Positions 35,454-46,483 are shown, counted from the first letter of the stretch. The stretch: DNA of 64,000 nt from an uncultured Planctomycetaceae bacterium (GCA_963833985.1 CAWIAD010000001.1:2784001-2848000); one strand, 5' to 3'. Notes: generated by a model from the sequence alone, not told the origin. Translations and numbers: made by a program.

Positions 35454-36076
35454 GCCAGCTTCCCGAGGCGTGCGCCGTCGCCTTCAAGGAATGGTCGCAA
35501 ATCTGCCAGGCCCTGGCCGAGGGCCGCCAGACGCTGATCGCCCGCAAGGGCGGCATCCGCGAAGTGCCCGGCGGGTTCAAACCCGAGCACCCGGCCTTCT
35601 GGCTGTATCCCACCTTTGTCCACCAGGCCGAGCAAGGTCTCCGTGCGGCGCGTACCGAGCAGCAGACGGCGGTTTCCACCTCGGCCCCGGCCGGCGGGCC
35701 CGCTCCGGAGGATCCCGTTTCGATCGATTCCCTCGCCCGCGTCGAGCAGCTCTGGCAGGTACAATCGGAAGCAGAGCTGGACTTGCTGGAACCGTTCCAT
35801 ATCTGGACGACCGAGACCTTGCGAAAACGCTTTCACTACCGCCAGCACGGCCTCTGGATTCTGTGCGTGCGGGTGTATCGGCAGCCCGAGTCCTGGAGGC
35901 TCGTCCCCTCAGCCGAACAGCTTGGCTGCAAGAGCTGGGTGCTGCTCGATGCCGCCCGCTCTACGAAGCTGCTTCAGCCTGCCATGGACGACCTGCATTT
36001 CGCCGAGCAACTGGCCCGCTTACACGCGGCGCTTGGCCCCGCGCTCCCTGCCGGAAACCACGGTGCGATAGCGTGA
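35450..36076 (+). CDS. DUF1802 family protein
   Basis: AFKEW...L..GRQ..IARKGGIRE, FWLYPT..HQ and GCKSWV; ATGA-coupled to gpsA. Confidence 0.85.
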   Translation: MSQLPEACAVAFKEWSQICQALAEGRQTLIARKGGIREVPGGFKPEHPAFWLYPTFVHQAEQGLRAARTEQQTAVSTSAPAGGPAPEDPVSIDSLARVEQLWQVQSEAELDLLEPFHIWTTETLRKRFHYRQHGLWILCVRVYRQPESWRLVPSAEQLGCKSWVLLDAARSTKLLQPAMDDLHFAEQLARLHAALGPALPAGNHGAIA

Positions 36077-36137
36077 CGTTGCCCGCGACCCGGGACCGAT
36101 CTCCGTACGAAACACGTTGCCGACGCCGAGAACTCGC

Positions 36138-37226
36138 ATGACCCTTCGCACGCTCACCCGGGAGATCCGGGACTACCCCGCGACCGCGATCCTGTCCCTC
36201 CTCTGGCTTCTTGTCTTCGCGGGGATGCTCTCCATCCGGCTGCGCGATGACCTGCCGCCGGGCCCCTGGCAGGTCTTCGTGCTGGGCATGGGAGAGGGCC
36301 ACCGCTTCGGCGATCTGACACTTCAGGACCTCGCGCGGGGCGAGGCCTGGCGGCTCATCACATGCACCTTCGTGCATTACAGTGTGATCCACATCGCCCT
36401 GAACCTCCTTGCGTTCTACCTGCTGGGCACGCTGATCGAGTCCTGGTATGGCCCGGGGCAGCTTGTTTTCATCTACGCCGTGACCGGCGGGCTGGGCAAC
36501 CTGATCTCGGTGCTGATTCGCCACGCGACCGGGTCCAGCCCGCTGGTGCACTCCGGCGGCGGTTCGGTGGTGATCATGGGGCTGATCGGGCTCTGTGCCG
36601 TGGTGGGCTGGCGATCGGGCACGGCGACGGGAAGCGACCTGGGCTGGCAAATGTTCAAGGCATTGGGGCTCACGGGACTGCTGGGCATCGCCTTTCCGCG
36701 GTACATCGACAACTGGGGCCACGCCGGCGGGGCACTCGTTGGCTTCCCGCTGGGCTTGCTCCATCGCTGGTTTCTCCGCCAGTATTCCCGGCCGGCGGCG
36801 TGGGCCACGGGTCTGGCGGCGGCGCTGGTGATCCTCGGGTGCGGCCTTGCCCAGTGGAATTCCGATCGGCGTGAGGCCGGTCTGCGGCGCGATGGAACCC
36901 TGCGCCGGGTGCTGAACGCGCGCGAAGCCACGTACCGCAACCTGCGAGCCGCGCCCTTCTTGCTGGAGAACGAGAGCAATCACGACCGGCTGGTCGCCTG
37001 CCTGGACGCGGTCTCCCCCATCCTCGACCATGGCCAGACACGCGACGGCTTTCGCCGCCTGCGCGGGCTTGCCGTCACCTCACGGACGCGGGCACTCTCC
37101 CCCGAAGAAACGGCCGAGTTCAAGCAGCTTACCGAGGAGCTGAAGGGCCTGGTTCGCAGCCAGCTCGAGGACGGTCTCCATGAGTTCTGGAACGAACGCC
37201 GCAAGGTGAACCCGAAACGACGCTGA
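36138..37226 (+). CDS. Rhomboid family intramembrane protease-like protein
   Basis: GEAWRLITCTFVH...HIALN, IDNWGHAGG and multiple TMs; the catalytic region reads GGGS rather than GASG. Confidence 0.8.
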   Translation: MTLRTLTREIRDYPATAILSLLWLLVFAGMLSIRLRDDLPPGPWQVFVLGMGEGHRFGDLTLQDLARGEAWRLITCTFVHYSVIHIALNLLAFYLLGTLIESWYGPGQLVFIYAVTGGLGNLISVLIRHATGSSPLVHSGGGSVVIMGLIGLCAVVGWRSGTATGSDLGWQMFKALGLTGLLGIAFPRYIDNWGHAGGALVGFPLGLLHRWFLRQYSRPAAWATGLAAALVILGCGLAQWNSDRREAGLRRDGTLRRVLNAREATYRNLRAAPFLLENESNHDRLVACLDAVSPILDHGQTRDGFRRLRGLAVTSRTRALSPEETAEFKQLTEELKGLVRSQLEDGLHEFWNERRKVNPKRR

Positions 37227-37307
37227 TAGGTCGCCGAACCCTCCGCCGGTGTGAACCTGAGCTCCTCCCGCAAGGGCAGGGCCGCTGGCCGCGTGCGCAG
37301 CCGTCAG

Positions 37308-37452
37308 CACAGCGCGCGTAGCCACGTGCGCCAGGGCCCCGGGCTCCAGGGCACGCGGCCGCGTGCGTCAGCACCCCGGACTCCAGAGCGCGCGGCCAGG
37401 GCGTCAGCGCCTCCGGCTCCAGGGCGCATGGCCACTTGCGCCAGCGCGTGGT
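37308..37452. repeat. Degenerate ~36-bp tandem repeat
   Basis: Units resembling CTCCAGGGCGCGxGGCCACGTGCGYCAGCGCCCCGG start near 37308, 37344, 37381 and 37417. Confidence 0.5.
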
Positions 37453-37747
37453 TTGCACGGGCGCAGCCTCCAACCTCGGGCGCCAGCGCGACCAGCACGT
37501 TGCCACAGCACGCGCATCCACACGGCGCTGGTCCGCTCGTCCTGGCGTTCGAGGACTGTGGCCACGTGCGCCAGAGCCCGGATGGCGGTCCTCGATGCGC
37601 CCTCCGCATACCACCGGCTTCGTAGGTGGTTGCAGGTTATTCACTGAAGTTTCACAATTCGGGCCATTCTCGTTTGGTATCATCTCCTCCTTATCGCGGT
37701 GATCGAGTGTGATCTCTTTGGTTTCCGTCTCACCTGAGGACGTGCCG

Positions 37748-38935
37748 ATGTCACAGCAAGGTTCACGGGGCCCTTTCCGTGCCGGCTTCACGTTGATCGA
37801 GCTGCTGGTCGTGATTGCGATCATCGCGGTTCTGATCTCACTGCTGCTTCCCGCCGTACAGTCAGCCCGCGAGGCGGCTCGAAGGATTCAGTGCACCAAT
37901 AACCTGAAGCAGATCGGTCTGGCTTTCATGAACTATGAAAGCGCGAACCAGACTTTCTCTCCGACCACCATCCTCATCCCTTGCCCGAACGGCCCGGTCG
38001 GGTCTTTTAGCGGTCCGGCTAATGCGTTGACGGGTGGGACGAACTGCGGGGGATTCGTATCGTCCTGGAGTGCCTTCGCCCGGTCTCTACCGTTCCTTGA
38101 GCAGGGTAACTCCTATAATATGATTAACTTCAACTTCACGTACGATAGTCCTCCCAACACGACGATGACGAACACGCCGTTGTCATTCCTCTATTGCCCG
38201 AGCGACCCCGGTAATCATATCGACGACGCCAGCCTGGGCGGGACCGGTGATGCGACCACCAGTTACGGAACCTGCGACGGAGATTGGTACGTGTGGTCGG
38301 TGAACTGGACCACACCGCCTTATACCGCCGGACCGCAGAACCGCTCGCTGTTCGGCCCGAACTACGCGCGGAAGATCTCCGCCGTCACGGACGGGACAAG
38401 CAACACGCTGATGGCTTCCGAGGCCTATATCGGGCATCCCCAGATGCGGAGTTGCGGAAGTACACCGTCCGCGCCCTCCGACCCCGTCACGGGGACGTAT
38501 TCATTCATTAACGTCCCAGCGCCGGGGCCAGCTTCCGCCGCGGCGCTTCTCTACCAGATTAGCAACTGTAGCACCGCGACCGGCAAGCCCAAGGCGGGAG
38601 GCCCCATCGGCCACACGCGATGGGCGAATGGAGGCGTCTATTATTCGGGTTTCACAACGGCCATGCCTCCGAACCAGAACGTGTCGACGGTAAGCCGAGC
38701 CACGGGTTACAGCGACGCCGGCAGGAACGTGCCCATGGACTGGGACTGGGTTGATGAAAACGACGGCGGTCCGACATACATGTCTCTCTCGGCCAGCAGC
38801 TACCACCCAGGCGGCGTCAACGCCCTGTTTGCCGACGGAAGCGTCCGCTTTGAAAAGAATTCCGTGAGCCCGGTGGCCTGGCGTGGCCTGGGCACCATCG
38901 CAGGCGGGGAAGTGATCAGCGCTGACTCGTATTGA
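37748..38935 (+). CDS. DUF1559 prepilin-type protein
   Basis: [61 protein letters not shown]. Confidence 0.93.
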   Translation: MSQQGSRGPFRAGFTLIELLVVIAIIAVLISLLLPAVQSAREAARRIQCTNNLKQIGLAFMNYESANQTFSPTTILIPCPNGPVGSFSGPANALTGGTNCGGFVSSWSAFARSLPFLEQGNSYNMINFNFTYDSPPNTTMTNTPLSFLYCPSDPGNHIDDASLGGTGDATTSYGTCDGDWYVWSVNWTTPPYTAGPQNRSLFGPNYARKISAVTDGTSNTLMASEAYIGHPQMRSCGSTPSAPSDPVTGTYSFINVPAPGPASAAALLYQISNCSTATGKPKAGGPIGHTRWANGGVYYSGFTTAMPPNQNVSTVSRATGYSDAGRNVPMDWDWVDENDGGPTYMSLSASSYHPGGVNALFADGSVRFEKNSVSPVAWRGLGTIAGGEVISADSY

Positions 38936-39058
38936 TCAGACCCGGCGCCCTCCTGGCAAAACGGAAATCGACTGCGCAGCGGATCTGCGCACCGTTCGCA
39001 CGCGGTTTTCCATGCGCTGGTCGCATCATTGGATAAGAGGAAGCAAGGGGTCCAGCCC

Positions 39059-39457
39059 ATGCGAACCGGCACACTGAAGTCGCTCGCCATCGCTTTCGCA
39101 CTGCTCGCAGCCAGTTCGGGTTGCGGAACGTCCGGGGGGGCCAATACTTCGCTCATACCGGTCAAGGGTAAGGTCACTTACAAGGGGCAGCCGCTGGCAC
39201 AGGGTTCGGTCACGTTCGAGTCCGTGGACTCTGGAAAGCGGGCCACGGGAAAGCTCCAGGCCGATGGGACCTTCGTGATGTCGACCTACAAGGAAGGCGA
39301 TGGCGTCGTCGCCGGCGAATACACGGTGATCATCACCGGAGTCGACAAGAACCTGGCTCGGGATCGCGCGTTCAAGAAATACATGTTCCGCTCATATAAA
39401 GAGCTGACCGCCGAAGTGACGCCCGAGAAGACCGAGTTCACGTTCGACCTGAAATGA
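39059..39457 (+). CDS. Lipoprotein with carboxypeptidase-regulatory-like fold (typical DUF1559 partner)
   Basis: SGC lipobox-like; PVKGKVTYKGQPL..G.V.F, DGTF, GEYTVII and FTFDL. Confidence 0.85.
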   Translation: MRTGTLKSLAIAFALLAASSGCGTSGGANTSLIPVKGKVTYKGQPLAQGSVTFESVDSGKRATGKLQADGTFVMSTYKEGDGVVAGEYTVIITGVDKNLARDRAFKKYMFRSYKELTAEVTPEKTEFTFDLK

Positions 39458-39491
39458 AGCTCGAACGGTTGAGCGATCGACCGCGGACGAC

Positions 39492-41450
39492 TCACGGCCC
39501 AGCGCCGGACATGCCGGTCCCCAGCCGGGCGACGCGTTGCCTGAACTGGTCCAGAAGCGGCTTCATGGTGGCGAGCCTGGCCTGGTTCGAAAGCTCGCGG
39601 GGGTCCTCTCGCTGATTGAATAACTGCTCGGCGCCGTCGCCCAGGTTGCGGATATAAACATAATCGCCGTCGGCGACCGAGATCAGTGGACCGCGATAGG
39701 CCGGCGACCGCCCGTGGTTGGCATTCCGCGGGTTGGGAACCAGAATCTCAGAGAAGGCGGTACTGGCGGCCGTCGCGGCCCGGTCGGAATCGCGCCACAG
39801 GTCGGCAAGCGAGTGCCCGGGAAACGGCGATCGGGCGCCCTGACCGACCAGATCCACAATGGTCGCCGGCAAGTCACGAAGACTCACGACCTGGGGTACA
39901 ACCCGCGCTGTTCGGCTTTCCAGAGGCCCCAGGATCAGCAGTGGGACGTCCAGCTCGGTCGCGTAAAGGCTCTCACCATGATCGAAGAGATCGTGCTCCC
40001 CCAGTCCTTCGCCATGATCCGATGCGATCACGATCAGGGTATCATCGAGTAAATCCCGCTGGTGCAATTCCTTGAACAACACGCCGAGTTGCTCGTCCAG
40101 GTACGCGAGGCAACTGTCGTAGGCGTCCCGCGCCATGGTCAGGTAAGGCTTCGGCAGTGTCAGCTTATCGAGCAGATCCCAGCCCTCGTAGAGGATGCGG
40201 ATCTCATCCCGGCTCTGGGGCCGGTGGCCGAAGCGATGCGGCACCCCGGCTGGCAGCTTGTAAGGCGCATGGGCGTCCATGTAATTCAGAAACACGAAGA
40301 ACGGGCGCGATTCCTCGGGCCGGCGCGCTAACCAGTCAAGAAACGCGCGGTTGATCAGGCTCGCGTCCTTGCGAGCGTCGGCGTAGAAACAACGGTTCAA
40401 GAACTCTGGAACAAGATCCAGAAAACCCGAATCATCGGCGTAGCTGAGTTGAAAGATCGGCTTGAGCATCTCCTTGACAAGAACGGCTGTCTGAAGGAAT
40501 GCAAGCCTCTTGAGGGAGTAGTCTTCGTAGCAGGTGAAGCCGCGAGCCAGACCGGTATCGTAGGAACAGTAGCCCGTGTTCGCGACGAATCCCGCGGTCG
40601 CGTAACCCCTCGATCCCAGGTATTCGGCCAGAAGCGGAGCACCGGTTCTCAAGGGAGTCAGCCAATGCACATCGAGCTCATGGGGCCAGCAGCCCGTGAA
40701 GAAACTGGCGTGCGAAGGGAGAGTCCACGGGGCGGCCGCGCGCGCTCGATCGAACCGAATCCCGTCCCTGGCCAGCCGCTCCAGGTTGGGAGTGGTCGGC
40801 CGCCGGTATCCATGAAGGCTCAGGTGGTCCCTCCGGACCGTATCCAGCACGACGAAGAGTACGTTCGGGGAACCAGCCGGCGGCAGAGCACGGGTCGTCT
40901 CGCGCCGCTGATTGAGCCAGTCTTCACCAAGTACAGCACCCAGCAGCAACAGGACAGTTCCCAGAAGGAAGGGAAGGGTCCGCACCAGGAGCGAGAATCG
41001 CCACCTGGCCGGTTGCGATTCGAGCCAGGGAACCAGTTGTGACGAGATCCCCAGGGCCAGCACGAACCAGGCAGCGGGGTAAATCGCCGGCACGGCCACC
41101 ATCAACATGGGCTGCATGGCCAGGGCGCACAGCAGCCGTGGGCTGAGCCGTCCGCCTGACCTGGGCCAGAGCTTCATGATCCCCGCCAGCACCAATCCCA
41201 GACCGAAAAACAGAAGCATGTTCACAAGTGGCACTAACCAGACAAAGTGCCGGCTCATCAGGTACAGCCGGTTCCTCGGGTCGATCGCCCGACAGAGGAC
41301 GCGTGCCCCCACCTCGAGCAATCCGGCGGACAGGCCCAACCAGATCGACCATCCGAGCACATCGAGCGCCCCCAGCCGGCTCGGCTCTTCCTCCGGGGGT
41401 CCCGGTCCTTGCCGAGAATTTCTCCGCTTCCAGAAGGTCGTCAAACTCAT
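39492..41450 (-). CDS. Membrane-anchored sulfatase-like (alkaline phosphatase superfamily) protein
   Basis: Several N-terminal TMs; PNVLFVVLDTVR, WTLPSHASFFTG, DAHAPY and SDHGE...DHG. Confidence 0.85.
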   Translation of the reverse strand: MSLTTFWKRRNSRQGPGPPEEEPSRLGALDVLGWSIWLGLSAGLLEVGARVLCRAIDPRNRLYLMSRHFVWLVPLVNMLLFFGLGLVLAGIMKLWPRSGGRLSPRLLCALAMQPMLMVAVPAIYPAAWFVLALGISSQLVPWLESQPARWRFSLLVRTLPFLLGTVLLLLGAVLGEDWLNQRRETTRALPPAGSPNVLFVVLDTVRRDHLSLHGYRRPTTPNLERLARDGIRFDRARAAAPWTLPSHASFFTGCWPHELDVHWLTPLRTGAPLLAEYLGSRGYATAGFVANTGYCSYDTGLARGFTCYEDYSLKRLAFLQTAVLVKEMLKPIFQLSYADDSGFLDLVPEFLNRCFYADARKDASLINRAFLDWLARRPEESRPFFVFLNYMDAHAPYKLPAGVPHRFGHRPQSRDEIRILYEGWDLLDKLTLPKPYLTMARDAYDSCLAYLDEQLGVLFKELHQRDLLDDTLIVIASDHGEGLGEHDLFDHGESLYATELDVPLLILGPLESRTARVVPQVVSLRDLPATIVDLVGQGARSPFPGHSLADLWRDSDRAATAASTAFSEILVPNPRNANHGRSPAYRGPLISVADGDYVYIRNLGDGAEQLFNQREDPRELSNQARLATMKPLLDQFRQRVARLGTGMSGAGP

Positions 41451-41765
41451 GATCCTGTGGCCCCTATTCCCAGGAGCGTGTTAACCGAGCTCGGCAACGT
41501 CCGAGCGAGTCAGTCAGCATTGTGCCAGTGCCCGAACCTTGCACGGAAGCGGATCAAGCAGGCTAGTCGTCGGCGGGTTTCTCGCTTGCCATGCTCCTGG
41601 GAGAACGTGAGGCCATTGCGGCACGGGCAGGACATGGGACAACCCGCGACGTGGCGCGCATCGCATGCCAGGCGCACGGGCCGTATGCCGTTCTGTATCC
41701 GCGGATCCGAGACGCAGGTTCGTCGTGCCGCGACGTTCCCGGTATGCAATTGCATACCCTTGGCT

Positions 41766-42413
41766 TCATGGCGAGCCTTCCCGGACTGGTCCGCTCGTCA
41801 GGCGGACGCCATCGCGATGGCGTGGGCGGCAGCCGCGGTGGCGCAGGGCGGCCACGAAATCCGCGAGGGTGGCGATGGGCCGGTCGAACTCGGTGAAGTA
41901 GCAGCCAAGCGTCCCGATGTCGTGCGCGTCGCTGGAGCCGGTGACCGCCATCGGATAGGCACGCAGCAAAGCCTCGGTCTTCGATCGCGTCTCGGCGGTG
42001 ACGTTGTTGCTCACCAGCTCCAGCGCATGGAACACAGGGCCGTGCTCCGCGACGATGTCGTCGAACGGCTGATCCCAGCGAAACGGGTGGGCCGCCACGA
42101 TGGCCGCCTGGTGCTCCTCCACCAGCGGGAGCAGCTCGGTCAGCGGGATTCCGGGATAAACCCCCTCCAGCGATGGCAGCCCGTAGACCAGGAAATGGCC
42201 GTCCAGGGCCGAGACCTCCACGCCCGAGAAGACGCGCAGGGGAGCGGCCCGGCCGGCCAGCTCGGCCAGTTCATCGGCCTGCCACTGGTAGTCGTGCTCG
42301 GTGATCACCACGCCGTCGAGACCGATCTGGCGGGCGTGCACGATGAGCTCGTCGGGGTCGATGTTGCTGTCGGGAGAGTGTCTGGCGGTGTGCAGGTGAT
42401 GGTCAAATCTCAT
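41766..42413 (-). CDS. PHP-domain metallophosphoesterase
   Basis: DHHLHT, ITEHD, GVEVS, AHPFR and GSSDAH. Confidence 0.88.
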   Translation of the reverse strand: MRFDHHLHTARHSPDSNIDPDELIVHARQIGLDGVVITEHDYQWQADELAELAGRAAPLRVFSGVEVSALDGHFLVYGLPSLEGVYPGIPLTELLPLVEEHQAAIVAAHPFRWDQPFDDIVAEHGPVFHALELVSNNVTAETRSKTEALLRAYPMAVTGSSDAHDIGTLGCYFTEFDRPIATLADFVAALRHRGCRPRHRDGVRLTSGPVREGSP

Positions 42414-43180
42414 GTGGTGGGCAAGCTCGGTGCGGCAGGAGCAGCCTCCCGGGGCACAACCGCGGCAGGCGCATTCTCCTCTGGTTCGTCGGCGACCACG
42501 TGGAACGAGGCCCCCGTAGCATCGATCTTGAGATAACTCGATCGTTCCTGCCAGCCCCCCAGCACGATCATCCGCGGGTTGGAGGCCGCTTCATCCACGG
42601 CGCGGTGGACGTGGCCGAGGACCACGAGGTCGGCCCGACCACGCTGGAGTGAGGCATAGTCGCGGAAGACCTGGAGATGCCGTCCCTCGTCGGCCGCCAA
42701 GTCCGCGCGGTTCTTGCGCTCCAGCATGCCGTCGAGCAAACCGGCGAACGGGGCGGGCACGCGCTGGAATGTGAGCCAGAACTCGCGGCTCTCCATCCAC
42801 GCCTTCCACGGCCTGCGGGCGCCCAGCAAGTGGCCGTGCACGATATGCAGGCGCAGGCCCTCGATTTTGGTTTCATGGGGTTCCTGGAGGATGGCGGCTC
42901 CGAGGGCTCTTTCATAGAACGGGCAGACCCAGAGATCGTGGTTGCCGGGCATGATGGACAGTGTACCGCCGCGCTGCGTGAACTCGTGCAAGGCGGCCAG
43001 GCCGTCGCTGCGCATCCAGTCCGTTTCCTGCTGGCGGGTGACCATCCAGAAGTCGCAGAGATCGCCCGCGACCAGCAGCCGCGCGCCGTCCTCGATTTGC
43101 CGCACCCAGCGGGCAAACCGCCGGGCGCGGGCCGGGCGGTCCGGCCGCAAGTGCACATCGCTGGCAAGGTAGCAGGCCAC
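42410..43180 (-). CDS. Calcineurin-like phosphoesterase, LpxH-like
   Basis: SDVHL, GDLCDFW, GNHD, HGH, GHVH and LGGW. Confidence 0.8.
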   Translation of the reverse strand: MACYLASDVHLRPDRPARARRFARWVRQIEDGARLLVAGDLCDFWMVTRQQETDWMRSDGLAALHEFTQRGGTLSIMPGNHDLWVCPFYERALGAAILQEPHETKIEGLRLHIVHGHLLGARRPWKAWMESREFWLTFQRVPAPFAGLLDGMLERKNRADLAADEGRHLQVFRDYASLQRGRADLVVLGHVHRAVDEAASNPRMIVLGGWQERSSYLKIDATGASFHVVADEPEENAPAAVVPREAAPAAPSLPTT

Positions 43181-43225
43181 GTTGGCGTTGTCCTCAGTTC
43201 GGCATCTGGTGAGGTGCGGAGGGTC

Positions 43226-44176
43226 TCAGGGCGGGTCCAGGTTCAGGCCGGGCAGGAACGTTGCGGCAGCGGCTGCCTGGTTCCGGCCTCGGGCCGGGGT
43301 TCGCGGGCGGCCGTCCAGGGCGGGGTTCATCTGGCTGGCGGCGCGGTGAGCTCCGACGAACAGGTTGGGATGCGCGGGCGTTTGCCGCGCGGCGTGAATG
43401 AGGATCCGCCTGCCGGTATCTTGAACCACTTCGCGGGCTTCATGAATGGCCAGCTCCGGCCGGTTGCACTGCTCGCTGAGGTGCAGCAGCACCAGGTGGC
43501 TGACGCGGTCCCGGCTGGACCGGCGCAGCACGGAGCGCACGAGCTCTGCCGCCTGGCGATTGGAAAGATGGCCCCAGTCGCCCAGGTTCCGCGCGATGAG
43601 TGCGGGCGACCGCCCCGACGCCTTCTGCATGGTCACATCGTGGTTGAACTCCACGCCCAGAACGTCCACATCGGCCAGGCTGTCGGCCATGCCCTCGGAC
43701 CAGCTCCCACAGTCGGCCAGGTAGCCCACGCCGAGGGCTCGTGTCCTGCGGCGGGCGACCGATTCGATGCGGAAGCCGAACGTCGGGCCGTCGTGCCGGC
43801 AGGCAATGGGCTCGACGCGAAACCCGCCGGGCGCCAGGAAAGGCTGGCCGTCATAGTGCCGCACGAGTCCCAGGCGATCGAGATCGCAGAAACCCTGGTC
43901 GGCCTCGAGCACATCGCGGTGCGACTCGTGGCAGTAAAGCACAACCGAGCGCCGGGCCAGGTGCTGGAGCGTGGCCGACTCGACATGATCGCCGTGAGTG
44001 TGGGTCAACACCACCGCACTGATCCGCGACCAGTCCGACGACACGCTGGAGAGCCGCTGATCCAGGGCTCTGGGTCCCAGCCCGATATCGATCAAGAGAC
44101 CGGCCCCCCCGTCCTGACACACCAGCGCTGAGTTTCCGCGCGACCCGCTTGCCAGCACGGCGAATTGAAGAGTCAT
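43226..44176 (-). CDS. MBL-fold metallo-hydrolase (YycJ-like)
   Basis: LASGSRGN, THTHGDH, EFNHD, GHLSN and LHLSEQCN. Confidence 0.88.
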   Translation of the reverse strand: MTLQFAVLASGSRGNSALVCQDGGAGLLIDIGLGPRALDQRLSSVSSDWSRISAVVLTHTHGDHVESATLQHLARRSVVLYCHESHRDVLEADQGFCDLDRLGLVRHYDGQPFLAPGGFRVEPIACRHDGPTFGFRIESVARRRTRALGVGYLADCGSWSEGMADSLADVDVLGVEFNHDVTMQKASGRSPALIARNLGDWGHLSNRQAAELVRSVLRRSSRDRVSHLVLLHLSEQCNRPELAIHEAREVVQDTGRRILIHAARQTPAHPNLFVGAHRAASQMNPALDGRPRTPARGRNQAAAAATFLPGLNLDPP

Positions 44177-44457
44177 GGCAGGTTCCACCTCGATCCAGAC
44201 GCCCAGCTCCCTCTTCGATCCCTCGGGGCTTTCGCCAAGTCTAAGCCATGTTAGGTGTTTGTATCAAGATCCGCCGCGCCAGGAGCTGGGAGCAGTTCGT
44301 ACGAAACACGCTTGTGCCCGCGGGGGCGACGAGGACAGGCGACTGGGTGCCGAGGAGCAAACACTGCCGCCGGTCGCACGAAGGCCAGGACCGGACGAGG
44401 CAATCGCTGACGCGGCTTGCTGAGAGGACACCCAGGAAAACCGAGCCGCGACGGGCT

Positions 44458-45090
44458 TCAGTCCGTTCGGCCGGGGGCGGGCTTCGGAGGCAGCAGGTCC
44501 GCCACGGCGATCGGACCGGCGACCGAGCCGGCGATCACGAGGTTGGCCAGGTCGGTCTCGCCGAGGATGATCGGAGCCTGCGGTCCCTGCGTGGGTGTGT
44601 ACACCTCGAGCTGGCGGTCGCGAACGTTGAGCAGCCAGTACACGGGAATGCCGCCGCCAAGATAGGTCGCGGCCAGGGCGCGGTCGGCCCGGACCGTTGC
44701 ATAAGACACCTCGACGATGAGGGGAACGTCTTCGGGCCCGGGATCAACCTCGGCGTAATCTCCGGGGCGGCCACGAGCGACCGAGACGTCGGGCTCGGGC
44801 ATGCTGTCCCTCAGGGGGATTCGCACGGGCTTCTCGACGCGGACGTGCCAGCCGGCCGGCAATGCCTCGTGAATCGCTCTCCAGGCCTGTTCCGAACCCG
44901 AGGAATGCGGCGGTTTCCTGGTCATCTTCTGCACCAGCGCTCCCTCGATCAGCTCGAAACGATCGTCGTCGCCGAACTGGCCCGACTCGATCATGCGCTC
45001 GTAGCGGTCCACGCTGATGCGGGCGAGCGGGGGAAACCCCTCCGGAGTCGGACCGTAGAACGAGAGAGGCGGTGTCGACGTCGCGGGCAT
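44458..45090 (-). CDS. Uma2/DUF820 family endonuclease-fold protein
   Basis: ELIEG, PEPDVSV, LIVEVS and IPVYWLLN. Confidence 0.88.
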   Translation of the reverse strand: MPATSTPPLSFYGPTPEGFPPLARISVDRYERMIESGQFGDDDRFELIEGALVQKMTRKPPHSSGSEQAWRAIHEALPAGWHVRVEKPVRIPLRDSMPEPDVSVARGRPGDYAEVDPGPEDVPLIVEVSYATVRADRALAATYLGGGIPVYWLLNVRDRQLEVYTPTQGPQAPIILGETDLANLVIAGSVAGPIAVADLLPPKPAPGRTD

Positions 45091-45293
45091 CACGTATCCT
45101 CTCCGGGGGCTCGGATTCAAACGAGTTCAGTGTAGCAATAACCGGTCATGCTGGCGAGCAACACACCGTCGTTTGAGACGGGCGAAAAGAATGACGTTGC
45201 AGCGCAGAGCGAGGTTATACTGAATTGCGGGCGAGGATTCGCCTTCCCTCCTGCTTGCCTCCTTCCACGGGCTCACTCGATGGAGAGTTCCTC

Positions 45294-46307
45294 ATGCGTC
45301 CGTCCAACCCTGTCCATCGCCGCGATTTCCTTAACCGTTCGCTGGTTGCGGCCGGCGCCGCGGGTGTGCTGGCCGCGAGCCAGACCCAGAACCCGGTGAA
45401 CGCTCAGGCCGTGCCGGGCTCGGATACGCCCTCTGCCGCGAAGGTTCCCGCGACCACCGCGCTGCCTTGCGGCACGCTCGGCAAGGCGAAGATCAGCCGG
45501 TTGCTGCTGGGAGGAAATCTCATCGGCGGCTACATGCACTGCCGCGACCTGAAATACGTCAACAGCCTCTTCCGTGCCTATGCGACGGAGGCGAAGATCC
45601 TCGAGACGTTGGCCCTGGCCGAGCAGCACGGCATCAACACCGTGTTCGAGACCGGAGGCGACTTCGTCAAGACGTACAACGAGAAGCACGGCGGGCACAT
45701 GCAGTTCATCCCGCATATCGAGATCAAGACGAGCTGGAGCTCGGGCGAGCAGTCCGACCACATCAAGCAGCAGGTGGACACCGGCGCGATCGCTCTCTAC
45801 GTCTGGGGCGTCTCGTCCGACCCGCTCATTCGCGACGGCCAGGTGGACGTGCTGGCGCGCACCGTCGAGATGGCCCGGAAGCACGGATTGCCGGTCGGCG
45901 TGGGCTGCCACTCGCTGCTGGTGCCCATGGCGTGCGAGCGGCACGGCGTGCCATGCGACTTCTACGTCAAGACGCTGCACAGCGACGACTATTTCTCCGC
46001 CACGCCCAGGGAGCTGCGCAAGGAGTTCATCTGGCTCGACGGGGGCAAGGGCTGGAACGACAACATGTGGTGCATCAACCCGGAGGAGACGATCGCCTTC
46101 ATGAAGGCGGTCGCCAAGCCCTGGATCGCCTTCAAGGTGCTGGCCGCGGGCGCCATCCCGCCGGCCCAGGCCTTCCCTTATGCGTTCAAGAATGGCGCCG
46201 ACTTCATCGCCGTCGGTATGTTCGACTTCCAGGTCAAGACCGACGCCGAGCTGGCCGAGCGCGCCATCCGCCACCACCAGAAGCGTGAGCGCCCCTGGCG
46301 GGCCTGA
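45294..46307 (+). CDS. Tat-exported aldo/keto-reductase-like TIM-barrel protein
   Basis: RRDFL signal; ISRLLLGGN, KPWIAFKVLAAG and GADFIAVGMF. Confidence 0.7.
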   Translation: MRPSNPVHRRDFLNRSLVAAGAAGVLAASQTQNPVNAQAVPGSDTPSAAKVPATTALPCGTLGKAKISRLLLGGNLIGGYMHCRDLKYVNSLFRAYATEAKILETLALAEQHGINTVFETGGDFVKTYNEKHGGHMQFIPHIEIKTSWSSGEQSDHIKQQVDTGAIALYVWGVSSDPLIRDGQVDVLARTVEMARKHGLPVGVGCHSLLVPMACERHGVPCDFYVKTLHSDDYFSATPRELRKEFIWLDGGKGWNDNMWCINPEETIAFMKAVAKPWIAFKVLAAGAIPPAQAFPYAFKNGADFIAVGMFDFQVKTDAELAERAIRHHQKRERPWRA

Positions 46308-46379
46308 CCCGCCCCGGAACGCAACGACAGACGCGGTGCCATTCCAGAGGGCCGGCGAACGCTCTCTCCGCGTCGATCC

Positions 46380-46483
46380 TAAATACCTCCCCGTAAGAGG
46401 GAAAGTGTGGAACGGCCGCCCTCGGCCGTCCTGAGCCAGCCGAGGGCGGCTGGCCCACATTCCAAGAGGCGAGGATCTATTTA
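46380..46483. repeat. ~103-bp MITE/REPIN-like palindromic element, copy 2
   Basis: TAAATACCTC...GATCTATTTA with TA at both ends; reverse complement of 25811-25913. Confidence 0.85.
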
